DNA of 61,316 bases, counting the filler, from Bipalium vagum (lineage: Eukaryota), in assembly GCA_037834085.1 (NCBI GenBank). It is 3 parts of 3 records of this genome, joined end to end, with 100 filler letters (N's around TTAATTAATTAA, not from the genome) between each part and the next. Parts side by side here need not be neighbours in the genome. Positions count along the whole stretch, not along the records: positions 43,133 to 61,316 come from JBBMKC010037531.1; 2 more parts are not named here. One strand, given 5' to 3'. The position numbers and the translations under genes were made by a program. Of this stretch, positions 48,791-61,316 are shown piece by piece; within the stretch, counting starts at the first letter, position 1, and every line of letters begins with the position of its first letter. A model generated the notes under the pieces. The model saw only the letters and a program-made list of their open reading frames with translations, did not search any database and was not told the DNA's origin.

Positions 48791-51700
48791 TAATAATAAA
48801 TTTAAAATACACAAATATAATGACTTTTCCACGTCATAGTAATACTTATGAAAATTAAAATTAATTTTTACTTTTGATTTTCTTGTTTTTTATTGTCAGA
48901 ATTTCTGACAAATAAACTGTACATTAATGTTGTCTGAAAAAACTTCAGATCCATTGTTAGAAAGTAGTAAAGTTCTGTCGAATGATAATTCTGTGCAATC
49001 ATTTAATGATTTGGTAACGTATTCGTGCAACAGGACTAAAATTTTTTCAAATATGTACGACGAACATTTCATGCGAACTCAATACGACAAGTCCTATAGA
49101 TTTGATGAAAGTAAAATCACGACTAACAAGTGGTTCTATGATTCTCCGGGTCTCATTAATCCCGATCAGGTAATTTTGTGCAGACTTTGTATTTTATAAA
49201 CTACTTAGAAATAACATACTTCATACATACCGTGTTTCTTCGAAAATAAGACCGGTCTTATATAAAATTTTTGAGGAAAAATCACGTCAGGGCTTATATT
49301 TTAAGTATACTGGTACATCTCATAATGACATTTAATCAAATACAGTTATGTCATCATCCTCTGGAACATCATCATAAGATTCCAGATTTAAACCTTGGAA
49401 TCCATCCAAAACATCCTGTGATTTCAACATATTAAGTATTAAGGGCCACAGTCTTTATACTTTCTCAAAAGATAAAATCTTATCCAAGTAACATGCTTTT
49501 AATGCATGAGCAATTTTGTCATTAGTGATTTTATTTCAAGCTGTCATGAATCATGCAATAACTTCTTGTATACTAGATTTAATAAAGTTGCTACACTGAT
49601 TTCTTTCCATCCGATGTTCAATATAATCATTGATTTCAACACGCAGATAATCTTTGAATGGGTTCTTAATGGAAATGTCTATTGTATGAAGGTATGGTGT
49701 TATTCCGTCTGGTATCATTACCTGATCCACTCTTCTTTCTGACAGGAGATAAATATTAATTATAATGTGATGAAAATAGAGACATGATCATTATTAAAAT
49801 ATCAGCTAAAATAAATTAAAGATATTTAAAACAAAAATTTTGCAATAAACACATAAAAATAGAGGATATATGTTATTTCTTAATATAAGGTTTTTAGAAT
49901 TGAATTGTCATTCTTTTAATATAATAGTACAATATATAATAATATAATATATATATATATTTGAACCTTGTCCATTATTTTGATGCTCAATTTTCTAATC
50001 TAACAATATAATAAAGAATGACTTTAAAAAACTAGAAGTTTGTTTTCCTAAAAGTAAATACTGTATAATAATAATGTATATTGAATATGCCTAAGTAAAA
50101 GGTACGAATAAATAATATATTAAATAAAGGCAGAATAGTAACTTTAATTTGTAAAAATACATGTATTATAATAATAAATAAAAAAAATTCTTTGAAAAAA
50201 CGTTTTTTAAAAATATAAAGATACAAAAATACGAGGGCTTACTTTCCAAGGCCTTATATTTAAAATTTCTGAAAAATCGGAGGAGGGCGTATTTTCAAAG
50301 GACCTTATTATCCAGGAAACACGGTAGCACAAATCTCATTCAAATGTGACACTTGATAATTTTTATTAAAGAAACAAAAAAGAATTGAAATTTTTTAAAA
50401 AAAATATCAATTCTACACGGTGTTTCATAATTAACATACCATCTTTTTTAAAATTTACAACAGAATTAGAGAACACAACTATTCTGAAATGATTTTATTG
50501 TTGCGGATTAAATATACAATACATCCTTAAAGTGTTTTCCGTTTACATCAACACATAAAGTAATTTTCTTTAAGACATTCAAAATTGAAGTTGTCAGAAC
50601 TTCAGATTTGACATTTCCAAATGCTGTTTTAATTATTTCTTTCAGTGCCAATAAATTGGTTGTTAAAGGTTCAGCGTATACATAATCTGAGATTACTCTG
50701 TCAACATCAAAAATGGAGATAAGGTTTTTGTTGCAATAGCAGCATGGAGAGCAGCTCCATCCTGCTCTATGTTCGCACAACTAAAAATGCATTTGTTTTA
50801 GCTGTGGAATGAGATGCTGAAAAATCATTTCTCTATATCTCTCACCATTTACAGATACCGGTTTTTCGTTCTCTTCAAAGAAAAATAGTTCCAGAACTGT
50901 TGATTGATTTGGAAAACACGGGTATCTCAATTATTGACACTTCACATTTATCTTCAGTCCAGAAGCGACTATTTGGTCTGTCTGGCTTGGTAGAAATTGG
51001 AAAATTTGATTCATTGCTCCATGTTTCATCATCTTCAAATTTTGAAATGAAGTGTTGACAAAAATAAGCACGGTTCATTTGGCTGGTTGCAGAAAACACT
51101 TGCCCAACTCTTAATTTATATGGGTAAACTTTTAATTTATGGCGTAAAATACTCCACGTTGTTGTTCTTGAAACACCAAATACATTAGCAATAGTACTGT
51201 GGAGGTTAAGGGCAAGATCTGCTTTGCAGATGATTTCACGATTTCCCGTATTTCTTCCGCTTCTTGGTAAATCATGAACTGTCTCATACTGTTTTCTTTT
51301 GATATTGCATTCAGCTCCAAATTCTCGGATTTCTTGTTTTACAGATTTGCCTTTCCTATAACATAGCTTCACAATAATTATGCGGTCTTTGATTAATAGC
51401 ATTTATTTAAAAATCATCTTTATTGATTAATTTAGACAAAAGTAAATTATTTGAAATTTGACTTTATTTAAATATATTAATAAGAGCAAAGATGAAATGT
51501 TAATTATAAAGCACCCTGTATATAGAAAAATATAAAAGCAAAAATTAAATTACATATAACTCATAATATAATCTTCTACTGATCATCAGGCTCATCTTCG
51601 TGATTTTCTTTGGGTTTCGCCTTTCAGGTGCGTGAAACAGATATTTGAAACAAAATATTGATCATAAATGTATTCGAAGGATTTTAATTCGACTTCTAAA

Positions 51701-53254
51701 ATTTTCAAATAATTTTCGATCTGCTTCCAGAGGTGATTTAAGAATTTACAATTCGACTGATTTCCTGATCAATAAGGGTGTTTGACTTTCTCAGATAAAC
51801 ACGGCTTTTCTAAAATCTCTCAGTAAAAGAGAATCTTGAAATTAAACACTTGACACGTTTGGGTCATAAAAAATGTTAAAGCAAAGTATTGGTAAAAATA
51901 TCTCACAATCATCAATATGATTCGTTACAGTTTGTTGGAAAAGATTTGACCTGTTGCACTTGCCTAATAATTATAATGTAGAAAATATGATGCCGTAAAT
52001 GATCTAGTAGTTTAAATTAATTAGTTAATCGGACTATGTAAGAATCAATCCCTTCTTTGTTTAGGGCGTAGTATTAGATAACGAAATCTCTTTCAAATTT
52101 GAAAATGTCAATGCTTTTTCTTAACAGTGCTCATTCCCATTTCAATCTATTGATCTTCATATTGGTAAATTTTACAAGGAAACCATTTTATTCAAATTTT
52201 ATTCTTTAATTGAGGGCTGATCTCAGCACCAATTGGTTTATAATTATGCGCCATTGAACTTTTTCAGAGAATAATCGTGAACATGATAAATTTTGGTTAT
52301 ATAAATTCATAACCATGGTTACACTTGTACTGTTTATTAAAACAGCTAAAATATAACTAAATAAAATATAATTATTACTGAAACTTATGTCACGTTTGGA
52401 TGGATGACCACATATATTTACTCATCCCTTTTACCATTGATTTTTATTCGGCAATAGTTTGCATTTTAAACATTTTTATTTTTTTCAAATGTGTTTTGAT
52501 TTTGTTAAAAACAAAAATTCCAAGAATTTTATTTTCTTTCTCAATTTAGCTGACCAGTTATTTTAATAAAGAAGATCTGGATAAATTTTATAGTTTTGAA
52601 AACCTCAGTATTCCAAAAATCTTTATTCTGAAAACCGGTCTTAGTATTATAATGGAGAATCTGGCACGGATTGATATTGTTGAAGTAAGCCAGTTTTTGT
52701 TGATCAATTCTAAATTATTCAATGCCATGGATATATATATATATATATAATACTTTAGGCTGAAGAACAAATTTATGTATCTGTCCACGCAAGGTTACCG
52801 GTTGAAATTGTCGATTCCTACGACATCAACCGATATTATGCAGAAAATGACCATTTCACCTTGTATTCTTTTAAACCCAATCTTTCTTCACAACTCCTGA
52901 ACAGAATTCGGTCATCGGATCCCGATTTTGAACCCGGAAAAACACTCACACCTATTATGACTCCGGTTGATATGGAAATCAATACTGAAGGTTTCGATAA
53001 ATCATCGGCCGATGTTATTTTATCATCAATAGGTATTTTTAGTGGCGATATATTGAGGAACTTGTATTCAGTTACTTGATGCATTCTTTTAAGGTTGGGT
53101 AGGAGTCAGTGGACGGGAGCATTCAGTCTGCAAAATCAGAGCATGGACTCCAGCAGCAATTGGTTGCACTTTGAGGACACCTTCATTAATTCCAGATTCT
53201 GTCAGACGTCGTCATCGTCGCTTGGCGCATTCCCGGGAGTTTTTGGTCATATAA
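45289..53254 (+). CDS. NOA1: Nitric oxide-associated protein 1 (NOA1/YqeH-like circularly permuted GTPase, mitoribosome assembly), 630 aa
   Basis: Exons 45289-46390, 48949-49169, 52550-52684, 52759-53032, 53094-53254 (1893 nt in frame). Zn motif CHGC..CLRC, then G4 NKVD, G5 SAK, G1 GSTNTGKS, G2 PGTT, G3 DSPG, and C-terminal ADVILSSIGWV. The start could alternatively be an upstream in-frame ATG (45214 or 45262). Confidence 0.92.
46860..47400 (-). mobile_element. Mariner remnant in NOA1 intron 1
   Basis: LDNPLDKRFLQRIVYMNENWIF, KFVLSIFWN, HPTYSPNVTASD. Confidence 0.75.
47420..48735 (+). mobile_element. Mariner remnant interrupted by a Tc1 element
   Basis: N-terminal part FRNGDFDV..KWVTHQL up to ~47752; resumes at ~48447 with TGNE, VMWCIRWD, TITVEHYQQQL, HDNARSH. 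Confidence 0.75.
47754..48450 (-). mobile_element. Tc1 element (3' two-thirds) nested in mariner
   Basis: TA-CAGTCCCC terminus; WHRVIFSDECK, VKHSPSVMVW, FQHDGATCHTAK, WSGNSPDLSPIEN. Confidence 0.85.
48737..48799. repeat. (AAT)n microsatellite
   Basis: Direct tandem repeat; source of the spurious poly-Tyr ORF. Confidence 0.95.
49230..50324 (-). mobile_element. Pogo-like element remnant
   Basis: TIRs ccgtgtttc..aaaataag / ttatt..gaaacacgg with TA TSD; minus strand reads VMIPDGITPYLHTIDISIKNPFKDYL (DDE_1-like). Confidence 0.75.
50416..51518 (-). mobile_element. Tc1/mariner-superfamily element (DUF4817-like HTH type), decayed
   Basis: TIRs cacggtgtttcataattaacat / atgttaattataaagcaccctg with TA TSD; ORF with VHDLPRSGR, LKVYPYKL, WSNESNF and C-terminal CVDVNGKHF. 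Confidence 0.85.
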
Positions 53255-53620
53255 ATAAATATTTTTGTTTGTCATTTTTTTATATCTTCGTTAATTTTTT
53301 TAAAGAAATACCAAAATTTACTATAAGAAACTTATTTCTATAGAGTTTATTTTCTTATAAAGAAATTTCCTTTATATGTAAACTAAAAGGATTAATTCAA
53401 TTTTGTATAATTCACGTTTTCCTTAAAAATTTCAATTTCTATATTTTTAATTAGATTAAAGTAATAATATAAAATTTGTAGGTTGGCAATGAGCATAAAA
53501 GAAATAAGAACCATGTAGAATATTTTGGTATGCAAAGTATATATTTTTGTATATTAAGTAGGCAATAATAGAGTGAATTTCAAAGAAATGTAGTAATTCA
53601 ATAGTTATGATTGAGATTTA

Positions 53621-54811
53621 TAGGGTGCGTCAGCTATTTGAGAACAAAAATTGTTAAAATATAATTTTTTAGTGGCGCTAAAATTGATTTGCAATATTTA
53701 TTGATACAACATTAAATAATTATTTTTTTAATTTAGAAATGGAAGAGATAACTTTTGGATTAGCACAAGAAATGAAAGGGCATGCAGTAATTGTTGCATT
53801 AGCCGCCGGACACAGTGATTTCAAAAATTCTTAATGTGGCCAGATTGTTTGTCAATAAAATTAGAAAGGAATGTTTGGCATCTGATCGAAATATTTCCTC
53901 TATCTGAAAGAGAAACACATTCCTAAGGTTCAGACATTGTCAGAAATGCTATTTTTTTCAAAAAGTCCAGGATATTGATCATGAAAGTTCGGGAATATCA
54001 ATGAGAGAAATTGCCCACCGACTATCGGTTTCTGAGTCAACAGTAAGACGAATGGTACATTATGATTTAAAATGCAAATCCTACGTCATGAGAAGAAGAT
54101 ATTTTGTATCGGCAAAAAACTTTTTACGCAAGATCAAAAGGTTAATAAGAGGAACTATCGATGGCTGTGCTCCAGTACTTCTGAAGTCCCTAATGTTATG
54201 CACACCGGGTTTCCATCATCTTTAATGATATTGGGTGCTGTGAGCAACGAAAGTCATGTTATGCCTCAGTATTTCTTTCCACATGGACTTAGAATTAATG
54301 CATCTCTTTATATTGAGCGTCTGGATACATATGTAAAGCCCTGGATTGAAAAAGTTGTCCACGGAAGGCCTTATGTGCTCCAACAAGACTCAGCTCCCTA
54401 CCATACAGCATTAAAAACAAAAATGGCTATCGCTAAATTTTAACGACCATGTCACTCTAAAATTATGGCCACCTAGCTCATCCGATTTAAATCCTTTGGG
54501 CTATTTTTTATGGGGTGTCGTACAGAAAGAGGCGAACAAACATCATCATAATACCAAAGATTCATTACGGGCTTCTATAAGTTCTGCTATGATAAATATG
54601 AACAAAAACCATTTGATCGCGGCTTGTAAACTTTTCAGAAGCCGTCTTGAAGCTGTAATTGATTTTGAAGGTGATTTTATTGAATAAATAAAACTTGTGT
54701 ACTTAAAACAAATAAAGTTTCTAATATTGCTTAAAAATATATATTGTTTTCATTAAAAATATTACTTACCTTTAAGATCAATTTTTTTCATCAAATAACT
54801 GACGCACCCTG
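53621..54811 (+). mobile_element. maT/DD37D-like transposon, decayed full length
   Basis: TIRs agggtgcgtcagctatttga / tcaaataactgacgcaccct with TA TSD; QQDSAPYH, WPPSSSDLNPLGYFLWGVV, FRSRLEAVI. Confidence 0.88.
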
Positions 54812-55151
54812 TATATATAAAGTAAGATTCCAAATCATGATCAAAAAGATTAAGACTTCCTAGAACACATTCAAAATAGATTTCTCATTGAAAAATTCAT
54901 TTTAGAAAAATTTTAATGGATTTTCGATGAATTAATTTCAACTCATAATAGGTTCAGCAGATTTGCTATATGACTTAATGAATAATGAAGTGAAATTTAA
55001 GGAAGAACAATGGAAATAATGAGTAAACAAATTCTTGGAAAGAAATTTAAGTTTGTGGATTTATAATTTCATATTTACAGTGCATATTCGAGAAGCGGCA
55101 TAAAATGAGAAGTCCATTATAATAAAATGACAATCTTTCACATAACATATA

Positions 55152-55335
55152 CGGGGGTTCTAACAAAAGTTCTCGGAGTAAAATATGACTCATTTTTAAT
55201 TTTTTGGTGCTTCTATTTTTAGTTTGGTGATTAAAAAGTTGTTTTCATCAATAAAAAAAATTCAATAAAAAAATGCCTCGCCCACCTCTGATGATTGCAT
55301 GGGATTGACTACGATTACATTTGTTAGAACCCTCG
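55152..55335. mobile_element. Tc1/mariner-type MITE (184 bp)
   Basis: TIRs cgggggttctaacaaa / tttgttagaaccctcg with TA TSD. Confidence 0.75.
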
Positions 55336-56477
55336 TACATGAAATTGTTAATATTCAAACAAATTTTCTAACTCCAAATTTTTTTTTAAAAAATTTTTTG
55401 TTCGAATCAAATAACGCAATTGGATAGAAATCTGTTTATTAACCTCAATAACAATTATTCTGCAAGAATAAAGTCTGCAATAATTAACTACTTTGCTTTA
55501 ATTCAGATTCTACTTCTTGGCTCTGTTCCTATTCTAGGAAAATTCTGTTTATTTTCTGGCTGTAGAAAAGTTTGAAAATTTCTTATATAGTCTCCAGTTT
55601 TCCTCCATCAACCAATCACTACTCTTAACAGAGATATCTTCCATCTTTTCTCTTTTCACATGCAGAAATCAGTAACTTTAAAGTATTCAGCTCCAACCGA
55701 CCTTAGTTGACTTAGTTGAATAATTGATTCTCCGGATACCTTCAGTAACAAGCCCGCAATCTACCTATTCCTGCTTGACTCATTAGTCCTCCTTTCAATT
55801 AGGAAAATGAAACTCCGGAGGATTTAATTATTCAGCTCGGATCAAACTTGTTTCTTGAGCTGAATAATTAATGAATTGAGTTTCCTGACTAAAATTTTTA
55901 ATGGAAAATTAATTGTTTTTCTATGTAAAAGTGGTAATTATAAGTTACCATTTTTTCATCAGTAATATTATAATTGTTTATTATTATTATTACTTTAATA
56001 TCGTTATTGTAATCAATTTACTATAAAAAGTTTTAAAACCAAATTAATTAAAATTATGTAAAATTAAAAAATTCGGATAGAGTTTTTCATCAAATTCATA
56101 ATCATTATTTTTCATGATCATTTTCACTAGTTCCTTCTGGATTATTATGTAATTTTCTACCAAATCCCCTCTCCTATCTTTTTGAGAAAACGTCTTATCA
56201 TCATAGTTAAACATTAATCTTTAACTTTTAATCTTTAAATCATCAATGATAATTTTTGACTCCTACTTATCTAATTCAACAACTTCAATTTTACTATCTT
56301 TCCACTCTTTCTCCATCAATTACTAGACCTGGTTCTTTTCCCAAATTCATACAGGTCGATCATTATCGTCAAAACCACCACCAGGTTATCATATTATTGT
56401 AACCAAAATTACTAATACCGGAATATATTATTAAATATTATTTATTATCATCACTTAGATATTATTATGATTATAAT

Positions 56478-57630
56478 TGTTGGGTTTAACCAAGACACTT
56501 CCGGGGGGAAAAATAAGTACTAAAACCATAAATAAGGTATGAATACTACTAATAATAATAAGAATATTAATAATTAAACTTAATAAACACTTGAAAATTG
56601 ATTTAAAAATTCCCAGGAATTTTATTTTGAAAATACTTTAAAAATAAAATAACCCTCCAAAAATAATTTATATTTTAAAGAAGCCTGAAAGAGGTTATAT
56701 ATAAATATTAAGGATCATACTAAAATAATTTTTAGGGAATTCTTAGGGAGTTTTAGAATTTTGATAAAATTTTTAGAATTTTAAGTACAATTCCGAGAAT
56801 ATCTCCAGAATATTTCCCAGATGAAGAGCAGTCCCAAATAGTATATAAGTAATGGGATTTCAGGAGATTTTCACCCCTCAGAAATCGTACTAAGCAGAAA
56901 AAGGTTTACAGAGAATTTATAAGAGAAGAAGAATTGATAATATTTCACGTAGAAGAATTTGACGAAGAAGATTTGATACTATTCTACAGAGAAGAATTTC
57001 ACGGAGCACATTTAATACTTCACGGACCTATTGGAAAGGATCGATAACGCATTGAAAGACTATTGCACAAAAGGAGATCAGTCCAGAATTACGAAGGCAG
57101 AACCAGTACCCAAAAGTTACTTTCTTCAAACAAAGTATTTTTATGAATTCAGTATTGGGACTATGCTTGAAATCCCCCACCAAAGGGTTATCGGTGAGCA
57201 ACCGTTAGGGCTCAGACGATAACTCGGGAGTTTAAGCGCAAAATAAACTGTAAGGTTTTTCTTTTTATTTTCTTTTATTTCTTTTTATTCTTAATATTAA
57301 TTAGTAAGTAATATTTTCTTCTAATTTGTTCCGATTAACATTTGATTGAATAAACAGTACTTTGACTATAACTGACCATTATCATATTTGATTTGATTTA
57401 CTTTTTTCATTATATTTGTGTCGTGTCCTGAGTCGATAGTGTAGGGGTTGAGGAACATTTCAGACATTTATTGTGATCCCAGACTTTTGCATTATTTCTT
57501 TGAATTTTCAGTGTATTCTATTTTTATTTTTGTGTGTTATAAATACAAGTGTTGCTTTACTGATTGTTTTGATTTGCACCACCTAAGATTTTGTAGTCAT
57601 GTTTTAATTTGATACCTTAAATATTGAACA
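56478..57630 (+). mobile_element. Solo LTR (1153 bp)
   Basis: TGTT...AACA termini flanked by the 4-bp direct repeat taat; internal TATA-like gtatataa; 5' part is homologous to 15225-16104. Confidence 0.65.
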
Positions 57631-57779
57631 TAATTCTTATTGTTATTATTGTTATTATGTTTTTAAATATAAAATGAAAATAAAAATTCTTACTTGTCAA
57701 GAAAAAAAATGTATGGAAACTTAATAGCAGTAAGAAAAATTGCATTTTATGTCTAAACTCATTGCTATTATCCATTAAG

Positions 57780-58330
57780 TTCAAATATTCCATTAAGATG
57801 TGCCTCCAAATTCCTCGTTATTCTCTGTGAAATTCAAAGACATCTGAGTTAAATCGATTTCTAACAAGTGGAAAGTGAAATATTTTTCACAACATGCAAA
57901 CCAGTCAAGAATTTTATAAAAATAATTATTGAATATAATGCTGCTTGTAATAGTGCCTGTATGTTACTTCTACCACACCTGTATTTGATATCAAAGATTT
58001 ACATTCACACAAATAGAAGAGCCAATGAATCAAAGAATTGTAAGAATTATTGATTGTTATAAATGAAGTTGAACTGTACCACGAAAAACGAAATGTGTGA
58101 AGTTATATTAAAATTTTATTTGTCTCAACTATCAGCTGTTAGTAGTTTGTAACAATTAGCAATGGACATTTTTTAATGGATCCAATCTGATAATATCGTA
58201 AGAACAATAACACCATTTTCCGTGCTCCCCTGCCATCCAAACACTTTTATTGCCTGTAGAACCCGCTGCCCCACTTCAGAAAACTGAATAAAATCTTGAT
58301 TTAAAAGTTGAAAATAGAAATTTAATATTT
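57780..58330 (-). mobile_element. Possible fossil hAT (ZMYM1/THAP12-like) transposase fragment
   Basis: Scattered minus-strand peptides CLDG, NVHC, FFxGTVQ and ALLQAAL..FLTGLHVVKNI occur in hAT order; heavily disrupted. Confidence 0.35.
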
Positions 58331-58822
58331 CATGGTTCTTTAGAATGCTTTTGCAAAATTTAGGAAGGCCAGATTTGTCAAAGGAATGATTTGTAAAGAG
58401 ACAATTTTTCAGATAGAAATAAGATTTTGGGTTCGAAAAAAGTCCACCACTATTTTAAAATATTACTAATTGTAAAGAGTTACAAAAATTTTGACTTATT
58501 GTGTTGAGATATAGAATTAGTTATTTTTTGAGATGATGAACTCATAGGAAAAGAGTGACCCCAAAGAATTTCAAAATATAAAGAAATTAAACTTAACAAT
58601 TTAATGTTTTCAATATGAAAATTACATTTATTGATGATAATTTTTAAAATGATCAAGGTTTAGAAAAATATTTTATGTATGTATTTATTGAAATGTGTGG
58701 ATCAGAAAATTTAATTTTTAGTGATAATTAATATTTTAGTAAATTCACTTAAAATATTTTCTAAAATATAAAACCGATTGTTTAAATAATTGGCCGTTTA
58801 TTAATTAATTTAATATTTTAAA

Positions 58823-59559
58823 ATGAGTGATAATGAAAAGTCTAACAAAGTATTTACTCCTTATGATGAACAGCGGAAAAAATTGGAGAAATTAATGATG
58901 GATCCAGTATTTTTCTTATTTTATTAAAATCAATTTAATGAATAGGAAAAACCTGTTTATATTCCAAGTATTCCAAAAGAACAAAAACCAAGAGAACCAC
59001 GAGAATTTATACGCAATATTTGGGGTATAAAAGATATAATTATAAAATTTATATTGAAATGGTAAGTTAGGGTCCTCTGCTGGAGTTGGTAGTGGTGATT
59101 TTCATATTTACCGTGGAATCAGGCGTCGTCAAATGGAAAGAGAAGAGTATATGGAAAAAACAACAGAAAAAGTATGCTCTTTTGATTTTATAAAATGATT
59201 TATAGAATTTGAGTCTCATTAAATAATGACATTTATTACTCTTAAAATAGCAAAAGCTCAATGAGGAATATGCTGAAAAACGGAAAATGTTAGAAGAAAA
59301 AGCTGAAGAGAAAACAGCAAAAAAGAGGTTGAAGCGTCAGAAGAAAAAATTGAACAAAAAAGCTAAAACTGAAAGCGATAAAGAAATAAAAGAAAAATCT
59401 CATAAACGTGACCAGGAAAAACTGAATAATATACAAGCAGAAAACAGTGACTGTAGTGATGCTTCACAACCAGATTCGGATCGCTTAGATGACGTATCAC
59501 AAATCATTCCAGATATTTTACATAAAGAAAAAAATGTTATATGTAGTGATAATACATAA
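58823..59559 (+). CDS. PRKRIP1: PRKR-interacting protein 1 (spliceosome-associated), 190 aa
   Basis: Exons 58823-58906, 58946-59024, 59071-59171, 59251-59559 (introns 39, 46, 79 nt). Motifs [55 protein letters not shown]. Confidence 0.93.
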
Positions 59560-60555
59560 TTCCTTCTCGAACAAGTCTAAAATGGTGATTCGACTAGTAT
59601 TTTTATGTCAAAAAGTTAAATATGATCAAGTTTCAATAGAATTACATAACAACGGTATAAAATCAATAATCAAGATTTAATCATTTTTATGAGGCTCAAG
59701 TGGCACTGTCAGGTCAAATTAATAAAAGTTATCTTTTGTATACACTGTCGTCAATCCTTTTGATATTTTTATTTTTTGGAGAAAGTTATTATTTTCATTA
59801 GTATGTGAGATCTGATCTGTTTACTCTTTCGATTACGTCCAATATTCTGTATTTCTATATAAATATTGAGAGAACCTGAAACGAATTATTACTTGCCTTT
59901 CCAATCAGTTTGAGCGTTGGTCTTTATGAAATTGGTAACTTTTTCTTTAGAATTTATAGTTATATCCTATCGAGAGAGAACTCGTTAAGTTTTCCTTGTA
60001 TGTTTAAATGATCGTATATAATTCTAACATTTTCAAAAAATCGATATCTCTAAAAAATTTAAATCTGAATGTTCAAATAAAATATAAATATCGGTAATAA
60101 TAATACATGTAGACTCTCCGTATCATATGTTGAATAGCATTCCTTGAAATATTGAGTTTATTTGAAATTTTCCTCTGGACAAACCCTCTTTCAATTTCTT
60201 AATCACCAGTTTCCGAATATCTATGGATATCTTAGTCATATTTAACAAAATAATTTCTAAAATTAAAAAAATATATTACAAGCATTAGCAAAATGTTGTA
60301 CATATAGATTTTACTTAAAAATTTAATTTATCCTTAAAATAGTTTATATATTTAAATGACATCAAAATTTTAAAAACGCCTTAACATAAAAAATCTATTT
60401 TAATAATTATACAATAATTTTTTATTGAGTTTTAAAGCTAACATATTTCTAAATTAACATAGTTTAAATCATAAGACTTTTAATATAATTTGTAATCTAC
60501 AATTATTTCGATATTTACAGGGTGGCCCAATACATATGGACGGCATTGTATATGT

Positions 60556-61200
60556 AATGCATATTTTATTTATGAAATTGAAATAAAAAATGTTAAAGCA
60601 GAAGAAAATATCACATTACAGAATAACTTTTTTCCTTATCAATTTTTAAATGCATCATTAAAATTAGGATCAACAGAAATATAAACTATTCAAAAATTAG
60701 GTCCATCAAATTCCATAACAAATTTTTTAATGATTGATAAAAATAATATTGGAGAATTATTTGGTTGCACTCCTGATAAAATTAAGGAGGACGAAGCTAA
60801 AAATAATAAAGGTTTTAGAAAAAGTTTATATTCACATAATTCAAGCAGAGGAAGATTACCTTTAAAATTAATGTTTGGATTTTTGCAATATTTTAGAAAA
60901 GCTTTATATAATAACCAGGGAGAAAAAACATTAGTAAGAAAAATAACTAATTTAGAAAAAGAAATATTTTACGGAACACATGAAGTTTCAGACAATCAAC
61001 AACCAAAAATAAGATTGAAAAAACTTTTATTATTTATTCCATCATTAAAATTAAATAATAAAACAAGATTAAATCTTATTTCTAGAATGAATGATGAGAA
61101 AATTATTAATAACGATTACATTTCCATGAAAATCTGTTAAATTTCTATACATTATATTCCTTTAAAACCATGTAATTACACATTAATTTTAAACATATCA
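60556..61200 (+). pseudogene. Double-jelly-roll major-capsid-like gene remnant (Polinton/adintovirus-like endogenous element)
   Basis: One frame reads NAYFIYEIEIK..NITLQNNFFPYQFLNASLKLGSTEI*TIQKLG..RLPLKLMFGFLQYFRKALYNNQGEKTLVR..KIRLKKLLLFIPSLKLN. This matches from memory the motif order of DJR-like proteins found in invertebrate genomes. It has in-frame stops and no introns. Confidence 0.7.
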
Positions 61201-61316
61201 ATTAAAAATATATTATAATAAGTTACATTATTTAAATAATCGGTTAATATTTACTATAAATGCCACTATAAATGGCAAGGTCAAGTAATTGTTTTAATTT
61301 TTTATTTAAGTTTATA

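Noticed and set aside
48576-48812. ORF with a poly-Tyr tract
   Set aside because: It is the translation of an (AAT)n microsatellite antisense to a mariner remnant.

Overview
AT-rich eukaryotic (metazoan-type) genomic window with three N-gaps. Four host genes can be built by hand with GT-AG introns: a fimbrin/plastin (minus strand, all four CH domains in one exon, 2720-4309), a 13-exon B-Raf-like kinase (minus, 42347-19009, 734 aa), a 5-exon NOA1 mitoribosome-assembly GTPase (plus, 45289-53254, 630 aa) and a 4-exon PRKRIP1 (plus, 58823-59559, 190 aa). Long introns and intergenic DNA are filled with decayed Tc1, mariner, maT and pogo elements, MITEs, a hAT MITE and LTR-like repeats. A pseudogenised double-jelly-roll capsid-like gene (Polinton/adintovirus-like) lies at the right end. 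The most interesting structure is inside the Raf hinge. Two phase-matched, mutually incompatible exons each carry a 14-3-3-type motif. One of them has its own ATG-bearing mini-exon plus polybasic and di-Cys motifs, and read-through of the other ends in a CaaX-like tail (CCRCCAFL-stop). Together these suggest a splicing switch among standard, long-hinge, Ras-independent and kinase-less membrane-anchored Raf forms. All isoform claims are inferences from sequence and need transcript data.
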